DNA of 47,474 nucleotides from Phycisphaeraceae bacterium (GTDB taxonomy: Bacteria; Planctomycetota; Phycisphaerae; Phycisphaerales; Phycisphaeraceae), in assembly GCA_020831765.1 (NCBI GenBank), contig JAFIFY010000171.1:1-47474 (forward strand). Direction: 5' to 3'. Below are positions 38,701 to 47,117 of the stretch, piece after piece. Under the pieces are notes generated by a model. That model did no database searches. It was not told the origin of the DNA and saw nothing but the letters and a program-made list of their open reading frames with translations. Every line of letters begins with the position of its first letter. Within the stretch, counting starts at the first letter, position 1. Position numbers and translations under genes: made by a program.

Positions 38701-41072
38701 GAATCCATCGCCTCGACCCGTACCTTGATGCCGGAGAGAATGCGGTCGGCGGCCTGGCCCAGGGCGATCGCCCGCCGATTGCGCCGCTCGACCAGTTGCA
38801 GCTTGCGCTGCTCAAATGCGCTGACCACATCATCGCGGGTCTGGGCCAGGCGGACCACGAAGTCATCAAACTCCGCGAAGCGTCCCTCCAATTCCTCGAT
38901 TTGGACCAGCATCCGGGTCAGAAACGTATCGACCTTCAGCGGCTCATCGCACAGGTCCAGGTAGTTGGCCGTGCTCTGGGAGAGCAATCGAAGCTGGCTG
39001 TTGAACTCGGCCTCGCCTTCGACGCGCCCCAATTCCCCGGCGCGGTTGCGAAGCGCCTGACGCGAAGCGTTCAGATTGCCGAAGATCGCCGAGATGGCAT
39101 CAATGATCGTCGTCCGCTGCGTGCTGTCTTCGATCTTGAGGTTGCCCACGATCTCGATGAGCATTTCAAGCTCGGAGGCGGCGGCTTCAATCTCAGTGCC
39201 CAGCTCACGGGCATCCACGGCGGTCCGCACCGCTTCAATCCGGGCCGGAAATTCCCCGACACGGTCGCGATAGGGCTGAAGCGAATCCTCCTTGAGCAGA
39301 AAGGCCACGCAACGTTGACTGAGGGTCTCGGTCTGTTCGGTGACATCGGCTTCCATCGCCTCGACCCGCCGCGCATCGGCGTACCGGACTTCCTTGAGCC
39401 CGATGATCCGTCCCCGCGCTTCGCGAAGCTCGGCCAGCGCTGTGACGAACGCATCAATATGGTTGTACATCCGCGCGGCGTTCCGCGCGATCATCGCGCG
39501 CGTCCGGTCCTCTTCCTCGCCGATCGCCTGGTCGGCGGCGCGGCGGAGGCGGACGACCTTCTCATACTCGGCCACGGCCGACTGCCCCGTCTCACGGATG
39601 CGCCCGATCACCTGGTCGAGATTGAAGCATTCATCTTCCCGGAGCCAGTGGTAGCCCTCGAGCAGGTCCGAGGATGTCTTGACGATGTCCAGGTAGAGAT
39701 CGCTGTATAGCGATTCCCGCTCGATGAGCTGAAGCAGTTGAGCGCACTCGGCCATGCCCCGCACGATGTCACGATTGCCGATCTTGTAAAGTCGCGAGCT
39801 GGCGTCACCCTCGACCCGCTGATTGGGGCCGATGAACGGGGTCTGCCATATCTGGAGGGCATGGTGGCGCTGCGGCTCTTCGTGCGACTTGAAGTAAACC
39901 AGCTTGCCATCCTCGAACAGGCTGAATCCCGAGCAGATGATCGGCGTGTCGATGCGCTGTTCGATCAGGTTGTAGGGCAGAAGCGCGTAAGTGCCCTGGT
40001 CACGATGGTAGAAGACGTAGAGGAAATCCTCACCGTTGGGGCTGGAGATGCGGCGCTCGTGGATCATCCCATCGGGCACATTCGAGAACGTCTGATGCCG
40101 CCCCGAGGCCAGGTAGAAGCCCTTGCTGAAGATCAGGCCGTGATCATCCGGAAGCATCAGGCAGGAACCGGCCAGGGCATCTTGGCGGACCACCTCGTGA
40201 AGCTTTTCATTGAAAATGAAATAGCGGAACTGATTTTCCTTGAACGGCTTGATGCGAAGCAGGATCAGGTGGCCGTGAACGGCGTAGCTGATGTCGGCAT
40301 CGTCCGGGCCCTGGTCAGGATCATCGACCGGCTCGGCGTAGATGCCCCGGCCGTGCTCGGTGCTGTCCTCGATCTTGATCGTCAGCTCGCCGGAAATGGT
40401 CTCGACGAAGACCCGATCCTCGATGGAATAGTGGGGAAACTTGCCCGGGCGCAGCATGTCGCGCGTCACACGCTTCCAGTCCAGGTCGTGCGCCGCCGGA
40501 TAGCGGATTTCGTGATCCGACCGGTTGTCGACATAGACCAGTTGGTCACCTTCGATCGCCCATTTGAAGGCCTTGAAGTCTTCGCGATCGCGGCCCACCT
40601 GGAACTTCATGTACAGATAGGGAGCATTGAGGAAGAACTTGCTGAACGTCGCGTTGCGATAGAAGCGATAGAGATCTTTGAATTCCTTGACGAACCGGTC
40701 CGTGGCGATCGGCTTGATCGGTTCTTCGTGAAACTGCTCGCCATCAAAGCGGCTGCATGTGAACACATCGCCGACGTCGATCTCCTGCTTGAGACCGAAA
40801 CGAACGTTGTAGCCGAAGAGAAAGCGCTCACCGAACGCGGCCATATCGCGCGGCACGCAGTTGTGCGGCGTGGTGATGCGATCGGTGCCGATCAGCCGGG
40901 TCTCGACGCCACCGAAAACCTTCTTCCGCGCTTCATTGAGCTTGTCCAGGCGCGCGCGCAGATCGCGGCCGGCCTGAACCAGCCTCTCCCGGAGCACCTG
41001 GTAGGCGCCCTGATCCATTTCCCGCTCTTCGGGTTCCGCCGCGGCCTCGGGCGCTGGAGTCTGCTCGGCCAT
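35739..41072 (-). CDS. Giant (~1780 aa) protein with a single MoxR/dynein-type AAA+ (AAA_5-like) ATPase module, long coiled-coil/helical N-terminal region and Pro/Glu-rich C-terminal tail
   Basis: Walker A LMVISPPGYGKTTL; Walker B MIYVDDIQ. Sensor-1-like VVMAGNPYTE and Arg-finger-like VPDMLANRAD lie about 1250-1450 aa from the N-terminus. I recognise no other domain. The start is probably MAEQTPAPE (ATG at 41070-41072); the track ORF starts at 41105. Confidence 0.65.
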   Translation of the reverse strand: MAEQTPAPEAAAEPEEREMDQGAYQVLRERLVQAGRDLRARLDKLNEARKKVFGGVETRLIGTDRITTPHNCVPRDMAAFGERFLFGYNVRFGLKQEIDVGDVFTCSRFDGEQFHEEPIKPIATDRFVKEFKDLYRFYRNATFSKFFLNAPYLYMKFQVGRDREDFKAFKWAIEGDQLVYVDNRSDHEIRYPAAHDLDWKRVTRDMLRPGKFPHYSIEDRVFVETISGELTIKIEDSTEHGRGIYAEPVDDPDQGPDDADISYAVHGHLILLRIKPFKENQFRYFIFNEKLHEVVRQDALAGSCLMLPDDHGLIFSKGFYLASGRHQTFSNVPDGMIHERRISSPNGEDFLYVFYHRDQGTYALLPYNLIEQRIDTPIICSGFSLFEDGKLVYFKSHEEPQRHHALQIWQTPFIGPNQRVEGDASSRLYKIGNRDIVRGMAECAQLLQLIERESLYSDLYLDIVKTSSDLLEGYHWLREDECFNLDQVIGRIRETGQSAVAEYEKVVRLRRAADQAIGEEEDRTRAMIARNAARMYNHIDAFVTALAELREARGRIIGLKEVRYADARRVEAMEADVTEQTETLSQRCVAFLLKEDSLQPYRDRVGEFPARIEAVRTAVDARELGTEIEAAASELEMLIEIVGNLKIEDSTQRTTIIDAISAIFGNLNASRQALRNRAGELGRVEGEAEFNSQLRLLSQSTANYLDLCDEPLKVDTFLTRMLVQIEELEGRFAEFDDFVVRLAQTRDDVVSAFEQRKLQLVERRNRRAIALGQAADRILSGIKVRVEAMDSIAAINGYFAGDLMIDKLRDIVKELIGLEDTVRADDIQGRLRSLREDAVRRLKDRLDLQAEGPNSIRFGRHVFSVNTQPIELTMVQRDGKMQLHINGTRFFEPVDDVDLNEARQAWNQELISENEAVYRAEYLAFVMLPDLLAMPEMERRELLDPGGDRLLEHVRRFMGPRYGEGYTKGVHDADAALIVRELVDLSESIGLLRYSSAARALAGMFWRAAQDSPAKRFIASQLEGYAEVVRAFPESRRQEQYIHKVARLIGEFAEQNSVFSADHAQQAAEYLFLELTGEEPGFITSPEADELINAFEDHLKANHLQLRFNQSLDAADQGPMARFLLARDWLAAFVRDSDRDQARAGLCLDEAAFKLYDRTGDHGRLLPVQARRTVEGLRGGHGRIKQGRMELDYLEFVDRLGRFAREDVPRFERFTAAKRRIVERTRDQMRVDEFTPRVLTTFVRNRLIDRVFLPLIGANMAKQIGTAGADARTDRNGLLMVISPPGYGKTTLMEYLASRLGIVFMKINGPALGRDVTSLDPEEAPNAGAREEIIKLNLAFEMGDNVMIYVDDIQHTHPEFLQKFISLCDAQRKIEGVYKGRARTYDLRGRKVAVVMAGNPYTESGEKFRVPDMLANRADTYNLGDIIGDHGEAFRTSYIENALTSNPTLRDLATRSQGDVYNIIRIAETGTREGIDFEANFTTDQIEEMVNVMKKLLQVRDIILRVNQQYIRSAGMDDRYRREPVFLLQGSYRNMNRIAERILPVMNDDELKTLVLSTYEQDAQMLTTGAEANLLKFKEMMGWMSETEKERWDEICRAFVRQNEVAAMGGDQTAAVVAQLSRFNEGLGQIGSAIERAKGENGKPLVTKFDDQAIEAASQLSSRLDALAAAAQRWIEERAERPEPAEPPPATPAAADPPTPEEVTGQPSPYQIRITNRVPEAFLVIIRQQFDLMKAWLEPLSRITADQEGRIKQVIDSLESLADKYQGIIRRLEESEE

Positions 41073-41135
41073 TTCGCATCTCATCCGGGAAGTACAGAAA
41101 ACCAAACACCCATGCGGATGCTCACGCGCCGGGCG

Positions 41136-43220
41136 TTACGACTTGCCCTTGCCCTTGGGCGCATCGGCCGGGGGTGTCGATGGCTCGACCGGAACCGCCA
41201 CACTGGCCACGGGCTGGGTGCCCAGGCCGCTGCTTTCGGCGTAACCGGCCATCTTGCGGAGTTGATCCAGCACATGCCCATCCTTGGTCTGGCTGATCAT
41301 GCGCATCAACAACGCCGAGATCGACAGGTTCCTCACATCCTCGGTTGATATGCCGAACTGACTCATGAAATGCCGCAACCGCTGCCCGAAGTCACCGCCA
41401 TCGCCATTGAAGAAGGTGTCCCGGACAAGCTCGAGGTTTCGCGAATTGCTCATCATCCGGTCGACCTGCTTGCCGGATGTGATGGAATTGACGATGCGAT
41501 TGAAGAACTCGCCATCGCCGCCGACGATATCGATCTTGCTGTTTCGCAGGGCCTCGCCCAGGACGCGGGCCTGTTCGGCCGCCACATCGCGATGGACGTT
41601 GATGGCGGCGATATCGACTTCCCGATCCTTGGACAGGCGGAGCTTGAATTCCTCGTGTTCCCGGCCGACGCCGTCGAGCAGCTTCATGGCCTCGGCCTTG
41701 GCCGCGACCCCGTCGGCCTCGGCCGAATACTTCTCGCGCATCGACTTGGCTTCGGCTTCGCCCTTGGCCGCGATCACATCGGCCTGGGACATGCCGTAAT
41801 TCCGCTCGGCGCCGGCCTTGGCGTCGAGCACTTCGGCCTCGGCCAGGCCCTCGGCGGCCGATTCGGCGCGCGTCGCCTCGGCCAGCTTCATTTTGCCCTG
41901 GGCTTGCTTTTCGGCGGCCTGCCGGCTCGCCTCGGCCGCGATGAGCACCTCATCGGCCTTGAACTTGGCCGCTTCCTTGATCGCCTCGGCCCGCTTGACC
42001 TCCTTGACCTTGTCCTGTTCGGCATCGGCCGATGCCGCGGTGACCTTGACCGTCTTGGCCCGTTCGGCAGTCATCACCTCTTCGGTGTCCTTGATGCGCT
42101 GCTGCTCCTCGACGACCGCTCGCTCGACCACGACGCGCTCGCGAATGACATCCTGAATCTTCTTGCGCTCAACTTCCAGCGCCTTTTCCTTCTCGATCCG
42201 GGCCAGTTCCACCACACGCTCACGCTCGGTGGCCTCCAACTGGCTGTCGCGCTCGACGCGCTGCAGCTCCACCCCATCGGTCCGCTCCTTGGAACGCTGG
42301 GCCACCAGGATCTGCCGCTCCTTGTTCTGTTCGGAGATGCCCAGTTCCTCTTCGGTGCGAATGCGGGCGGTCTGGGCCTTGAGCCGCTCCTCTTCGCGGA
42401 CCTTGTCGGCTTCGGCCTGCTCGCGGGCCTGGATCGATTCGATCTCCCGCTTCTGCTTGGCTTCGGCATCGGACTGCTGGCGCTCGAGTTCGAGGATCGT
42501 CTCGCGTGCCTCGACGTCCTGCTTCTTGATGATCTTTTCCTTCTCGCGGTTGATGTCATTCGCCCGGACCGCTTCCCTGGCCGTCAGCTCGCTGATCTTC
42601 TTGATGCCCTCGGCGTCGAGAATGTTGTTCGGGTCCAGCTTATCGACCGAGGTCTGCTCGAGATAGTCGATGGCCGCGTCATCCAGCACATAGCCGTTCA
42701 GGTCTGTGCCGATGTGACTGACGATCTCATCCTTGAAGCGATCGCGTTCGGTGTACAGCTCGGTGAAATCGAACTTCTTGCCCACCGTCTTGAGAGCCTC
42801 GGAGAACTTGGCATCAAAGAGCTCGACCAGTTGCTCCTTGTCGCTTGCGCGGCGAACACCGATGGAGTCGGCCACCTGGAGCAGGTCCCGCTCGGCGTTG
42901 TTCACCCGCACGAAGAACGCCACTTTGATGTCGGCCCGGACGTTATCCTTGCAGATCAGGCCTTCCGAGCCGTGTCGATAGATTTCGATCCGCCGGACCG
43001 AAACGTCCATGACATCGGCGCGATGCAGGATGGGGAAGACCAGCATGCCGTTGAACGACACTTTGGCGCCGCCGTAGCCGCGCCGAATCAGGCCCGTGCC
43101 CGGTTCCACCTTTCGATAGCACTTGACCACCGTCAGCAGCGCTCCGAGGACGATGATCGCCAGGAAAATGACCGCCAGTACGATCAGCGTTTCCGTCACG
43201 GCAAGTAGGGTCGGCATCAT
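41136..43220 (-). CDS. Flotillin family protein (SPFH/band-7 domain, long EA-rich coiled-coil flotillin domain), YqiK/FloT-like
   Basis: N-terminal TM helix; SPFH core (GLICKDNVRADIKVAFFVRV...); about 250 aa of Glu/Ala/Arg/Lys-rich coiled coil (AEAKQKREIESIQAREQAEADKVREEERLKAQ...). It sits immediately downstream of the NfeD/YqiJ-like gene, as in yqiJK and nfeD-floT operons. Confidence 0.85.
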   Translation of the reverse strand: MMPTLLAVTETLIVLAVIFLAIIVLGALLTVVKCYRKVEPGTGLIRRGYGGAKVSFNGMLVFPILHRADVMDVSVRRIEIYRHGSEGLICKDNVRADIKVAFFVRVNNAERDLLQVADSIGVRRASDKEQLVELFDAKFSEALKTVGKKFDFTELYTERDRFKDEIVSHIGTDLNGYVLDDAAIDYLEQTSVDKLDPNNILDAEGIKKISELTAREAVRANDINREKEKIIKKQDVEARETILELERQQSDAEAKQKREIESIQAREQAEADKVREEERLKAQTARIRTEEELGISEQNKERQILVAQRSKERTDGVELQRVERDSQLEATERERVVELARIEKEKALEVERKKIQDVIRERVVVERAVVEEQQRIKDTEEVMTAERAKTVKVTAASADAEQDKVKEVKRAEAIKEAAKFKADEVLIAAEASRQAAEKQAQGKMKLAEATRAESAAEGLAEAEVLDAKAGAERNYGMSQADVIAAKGEAEAKSMREKYSAEADGVAAKAEAMKLLDGVGREHEEFKLRLSKDREVDIAAINVHRDVAAEQARVLGEALRNSKIDIVGGDGEFFNRIVNSITSGKQVDRMMSNSRNLELVRDTFFNGDGGDFGQRLRHFMSQFGISTEDVRNLSISALLMRMISQTKDGHVLDQLRKMAGYAESSGLGTQPVASVAVPVEPSTPPADAPKGKGKS

Positions 43221-43237
43221 TTACGGTACTCCCAGGG

Positions 43238-43948
43238 TTAGAATCGACGAACAAGAAATACATGGGTCCGGGGCTCCTGCTTGACCAGGACGACCTCATC
43301 GCCCCGCTTGAGCGCTTCGCCCGGCTCGGTCAGACGCGCATTGAATCTCAGCGGAGCCCCGGAGGTTTCCACTTCCACCTGCCCGAACCGCTCGTCGAGC
43401 GTTCCGGAGACCACCCGGCCGCGACGGCCCACCAGAACCAGGTTCCGCTCGGCCATCTCCTCTTCCCGCAGTTTGCGGAAAACCTTCACGAGCGGCTGGG
43501 TCATCACCTTGGTGATCAGGGCGGCGCCGATGCCGAAGGGAACCAGCATCAGCGCCTGGAACAGCAGGCTCCATTCGCCCACCCAGGTATGGCTGGCCAC
43601 GCCCACCACCCAGAGCACCAGGACGAAGATCGAGAGCAGGAACATCAGGGGCACTTCGCCGACATTGAAAAACCGAAGGGCGTTGAGCATGATCGCCCCG
43701 CCGGAAAGCCCCGAGTCTCCCGCCGCGCCCCCGTGGTGGCCATCGAGAATGCCATCCCCGCCGATGTGCCCCACATCCCCTCCATCGAAATCCAGGTCCG
43801 CATCCACGTGGCCGTCCAGGTCCACATCCAGCGAATCCATCGTCAGCGCCCCGAAGATCACCAGCAACCAATAGAAAAGCAGCAACCCCAGCAGGGTCGT
43901 CAGCACCAGATTGACAGGCGAAAGAATGGCCTCGATCAATTCTGACAC
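43238..43948 (-). CDS. NfeD/YqiJ-like membrane protein (flotillin partner) with Asp/His/Gly-rich loop and C-terminal OB-fold
   Basis: TM helix, then acidic loop DSLDVDLDGHVDADLDFDGGDVGHIGGDGILDGHHGG, then TM helices. The C-terminal ERFGQVEVETSGAPLRFNARLTEPGEALKRGDEVVLV aligns with E. coli YqiJ [27 protein letters not shown]. Gene order YqiJ-like then flotillin. Confidence 0.7.
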   Translation of the reverse strand: MSELIEAILSPVNLVLTTLLGLLLFYWLLVIFGALTMDSLDVDLDGHVDADLDFDGGDVGHIGGDGILDGHHGGAAGDSGLSGGAIMLNALRFFNVGEVPLMFLLSIFVLVLWVVGVASHTWVGEWSLLFQALMLVPFGIGAALITKVMTQPLVKVFRKLREEEMAERNLVLVGRRGRVVSGTLDERFGQVEVETSGAPLRFNARLTEPGEALKRGDEVVLVKQEPRTHVFLVRRF

Positions 43949-44146
43949 AACGTACTCCCGGGTCCGGGGTCACCGGCTGAGAATCGCCTCGACCCCGATC
44001 CATGCGGACAGGAATAACCCTGGCCCGACGCCATCCAAACCCACGTCAAGGCCATCGATAGCATACCGGATTTCAAGATGGGTAGCGGGACGCCGGGACA
44101 TGGCCGCCGGCGATGAACAGGGGACGGTGGCTGGTCCGCGGAACTT

Positions 44147-45763
44147 TCAGGGCCTCGCCGCGGTCCGGGGCATGAGCGGTGTGGGTTTGTCGGAATATTC
44201 AAGCGGGATGATCAGGCTGAAGGTCGCCCCCTCCCCGAGATTGGAATCCAGCAGAATCTCGCCCTGTAACAGCTTCGCCAGATCGCGACTTATCGTCAGA
44301 CCCAGCCCGGTGCCGCCATGTTCGCGCGTGACCGTGTGGTCCAGTTGCTTGAACTTGTCAAAGATTCGCTGGTGGTTTTCGGGTGCGATGCCCGGCCCGG
44401 TGTCCCGGACGCTGAGGCGGAGCCTGGCCCGTGACGCATCCACACCCACGGGCCAGAGCATCGCCGAGAGCGTGACCGTTCCACCTTCCGGTGTGAACTT
44501 GATCGCGTTGCTCAGGAAGTTGAAGAGTATCTGTTGAAGCCGGCCGGCGTCGGTGACCACCAGCGGCAGGTTGCGCTGGATATCCAGCTCCAATTCCACG
44601 CCGCGCTTCTCCGCCTGGGGTCGCATCAGGTTGATCAGGCCTTCGCAGGTGTCGGCGATCGAAGTCGGCGCGGGTCGGATGTCCATTCGCCCGGCCTCGA
44701 TCTTGGCCAGGTCCAGCAGATCCTTGATCAACTCCAGCAAGTGCCTGCCCGAAGCCACGATGTTGTTCAGGTATCGCCGGCGCTTGGCCGCTTCCGGGTC
44801 ATCCTGATCCGATGAATTCTGCTCGAGCACCTCGGCGAAACCGATGATCGCGTTCAGCGGCGTGCGCAACTCATGCGAGACGTTGGCCAGGAACTCGCCC
44901 TTGACCTTGTTGGCTTCATCCAGCGCCACGTTGATCTCGGCCAGGGCGCCAAGCCTCAAATCCAGCGACTTGTTGGCCGAGCGCAATTCCTCCTGATTCT
45001 TGCGCAGGTTCTCAAGCATGGTGTTGAACACATCGGAGAGTTGCTCGAACTCATCACCGGTGTCAATATCGGATCGGATGTTCAAATCGCCTTCGCCGAC
45101 TTTCTCGGCCGTATCCCGCAGCAGCCGCACCGGTGAGAGGATCAGCCGGGTGGTGATGAACCAGAACGCGGCGATGGCCAGCAGGCCGGCCAGAAGTCCG
45201 CCGGCGATGATGTAGATGCGGTTGATCAGAAGCTGGCGGTCGGCGGTGTCGGTGCGAAGCTGAACCAGCAGGACGAAGCTGAGCGGATCGGCCAGGTGGG
45301 TGACACTCAGGTCAGGGCCGAAACGATCGAACGGCCCGCCGATCAGGCCCGTTTCGCTCTTGCGGACCGCGCGGGCGTAACGGAACACCCGGGCCCCCTG
45401 ATGGCGGGCGTCGGCGAAGGCCTCGGTCGCATCCGGATGGCGTTCAAACCGCTCGATGGCCTGAGCGATGAACGAATCGGTCCTGGTGTAATCAACGAAC
45501 TCGTCCGACCGGATCAGCCGAACCAGCATCTCATCACGCTCGGGACTGTCGAACGGGTCGAACAGGCTCAGCCGCCCCACTTCCAACTGCCCGCTCAGCA
45601 GCGACTGGGCCACGCTTCGGGCACTCTCGGCCAACTGAGCCTCGACCAGTTGACTCATCCGAACCCAGGCCACGGCCAGCGCGGCGAGAATGATCAGCAA
45701 TACCGCCGCGCCAAAGAGAATCTGGCATTTGTTGGCAAGGCTGATGCGAATCGGTCGCCGCAT
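44147..45763 (-). CDS. Sensor histidine kinase (2 TM + periplasmic sensor, HAMP, HisKA, HATPase_c); no cognate response regulator adjacent
   Basis: H-box EFLANVSHELRTPLNAIIGF; N, G1, F and G2 boxes present (FLSNAIKFT, VRDTGPGI, GGTGLGLTIS). A HAMP linker follows the second TM. Confidence 0.85.
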   Translation of the reverse strand: MRRPIRISLANKCQILFGAAVLLIILAALAVAWVRMSQLVEAQLAESARSVAQSLLSGQLEVGRLSLFDPFDSPERDEMLVRLIRSDEFVDYTRTDSFIAQAIERFERHPDATEAFADARHQGARVFRYARAVRKSETGLIGGPFDRFGPDLSVTHLADPLSFVLLVQLRTDTADRQLLINRIYIIAGGLLAGLLAIAAFWFITTRLILSPVRLLRDTAEKVGEGDLNIRSDIDTGDEFEQLSDVFNTMLENLRKNQEELRSANKSLDLRLGALAEINVALDEANKVKGEFLANVSHELRTPLNAIIGFAEVLEQNSSDQDDPEAAKRRRYLNNIVASGRHLLELIKDLLDLAKIEAGRMDIRPAPTSIADTCEGLINLMRPQAEKRGVELELDIQRNLPLVVTDAGRLQQILFNFLSNAIKFTPEGGTVTLSAMLWPVGVDASRARLRLSVRDTGPGIAPENHQRIFDKFKQLDHTVTREHGGTGLGLTISRDLAKLLQGEILLDSNLGEGATFSLIIPLEYSDKPTPLMPRTAARP

Positions 45764-45885
45764 ATCGCCATTGTCAGCTATTCAGACGGAAATGTCGATT
45801 TCGCATCCCGCGAGCCCGGCAACAGACGACAATCGACCCCCGAGAACCCACGCATGGAGAGCGGTCACGACGCCGAGCGCACCGA

Positions 45886-46914
45886 TCACGGCCCGGGCGG
45901 AATCGGCGTACGCACGGCATTGGCCTGCCGGGACTGGACCTGATCGTATCGTCGCGCCCAATGTTCATACACCACCCGAGCCGCCAGCCAGTCGACGCCA
46001 AAATCGCCCGGCTTTTCCCAACCATCGGCGTAATCGCGCACGCTGCCATCGGCAAACCCGATGTTGGCGCGGCCATCGCCGCGCGGCTGAACCGGGCCGC
46101 CAGACACATGCCCGTGCCCCCCCTCGATCACACTTTGACGCTGATTCTCGGGCGGTTGATAGGTACTGAAGTGCCGGAACATCGGGTCACCGGTTCGTGA
46201 GAGGTAACTGCCCGGCTGTCGATAGCCGTGATATCGCATCGCATTCCCGTTACCGTCTCCCATCAGCACGACCGTTTCGGGCGGGATGGATGAATTGCCG
46301 ATGCCGCGATACGGCGTATAGAACTTTTGCGGCGAAGGGCTTGTCCAGAAAGCGCCCCAACCGGAGCCACCCTGTCCATTGGGACGATTCAGATTGCCAT
46401 TGATGGTGTAGCTGACACCCGCCAGCGGATCACCAACTCCCATTCCCGACCCGATCATCCGATCGATCGTCTCGACGGTGTGCGTCGGCGCCGAGGGACA
46501 CCAGAGATACTTTTCATCAAGGACCAGGTCCGATGGCATCAACTGCGGCCGGCCGCGAATCCGCCACTCCGGGCGGCCATTGTGATCGATGCCGGCCATA
46601 TAGTCGGCCAGTCGAGCATGCGCTGTCCCCATCCATCCCGCGAATCCAAAAAGCTTGCCTGAGTCGAAACCTACTGAAAGCGTAGGATCCGGCGCGGCGT
46701 GGTTCGATATCCAGTGGTCGCCCGAATCCGTCGCATAGGTCGCCATCCCCAGCACGTTCTGGCGAAGCTGCGACTTGCAAAGCACATAACGGGCCGCCTC
46801 ACGGGCGTGACCCAGGGCCGGAAGCAGGATCGCGATCAGCATCGCGATGATCGAGATCACCACGAGCAATTCGATCAGGGTGAAGCCTGCTCTGGAGGGA
46901 TGCGACTTGGACAT
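45886..46914 (-). CDS. DUF1559 family protein with prepilin-type N-terminal methylation domain
   Basis: [10 protein letters not shown]|[24 protein letters not shown]. The likely start is the ATG at 46912-46914. Confidence 0.75.
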   Translation of the reverse strand: MSKSHPSRAGFTLIELLVVISIIAMLIAILLPALGHAREAARYVLCKSQLRQNVLGMATYATDSGDHWISNHAAPDPTLSVGFDSGKLFGFAGWMGTAHARLADYMAGIDHNGRPEWRIRGRPQLMPSDLVLDEKYLWCPSAPTHTVETIDRMIGSGMGVGDPLAGVSYTINGNLNRPNGQGGSGWGAFWTSPSPQKFYTPYRGIGNSSIPPETVVLMGDGNGNAMRYHGYRQPGSYLSRTGDPMFRHFSTYQPPENQRQSVIEGGHGHVSGGPVQPRGDGRANIGFADGSVRDYADGWEKPGDFGVDWLAARVVYEHWARRYDQVQSRQANAVRTPIPPGP

Positions 46915-47117
46915 GGTCAACCTTTCCGGGTGACGGAGCACCCATCTGAAAGCATCCGACATTGTTCGGCAGGACCGGTGTCAATCGATCACGAGATATC
47001 TCTGTCGGCAACGCCAGACGGAATCGTCAATGGCGCAATCGGTGCGACCCACAACATAAGGTGACACCCCCTCCGGAATGCGCATCCTGGCGAACGGTCG
47101 CCATGTGAACGCAACGA

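Noticed and set aside
35739-43208. Long plus-strand ORFs (36783..38039, 38160..39710, 39738..41348, 41370..43208)
   Set aside because: All are antisense to the giant ATPase and flotillin genes. Those genes have clear Walker motifs and SPFH/coiled-coil homology. The ORFs are Arg/Gly/Asp/Leu-rich shadow frames.
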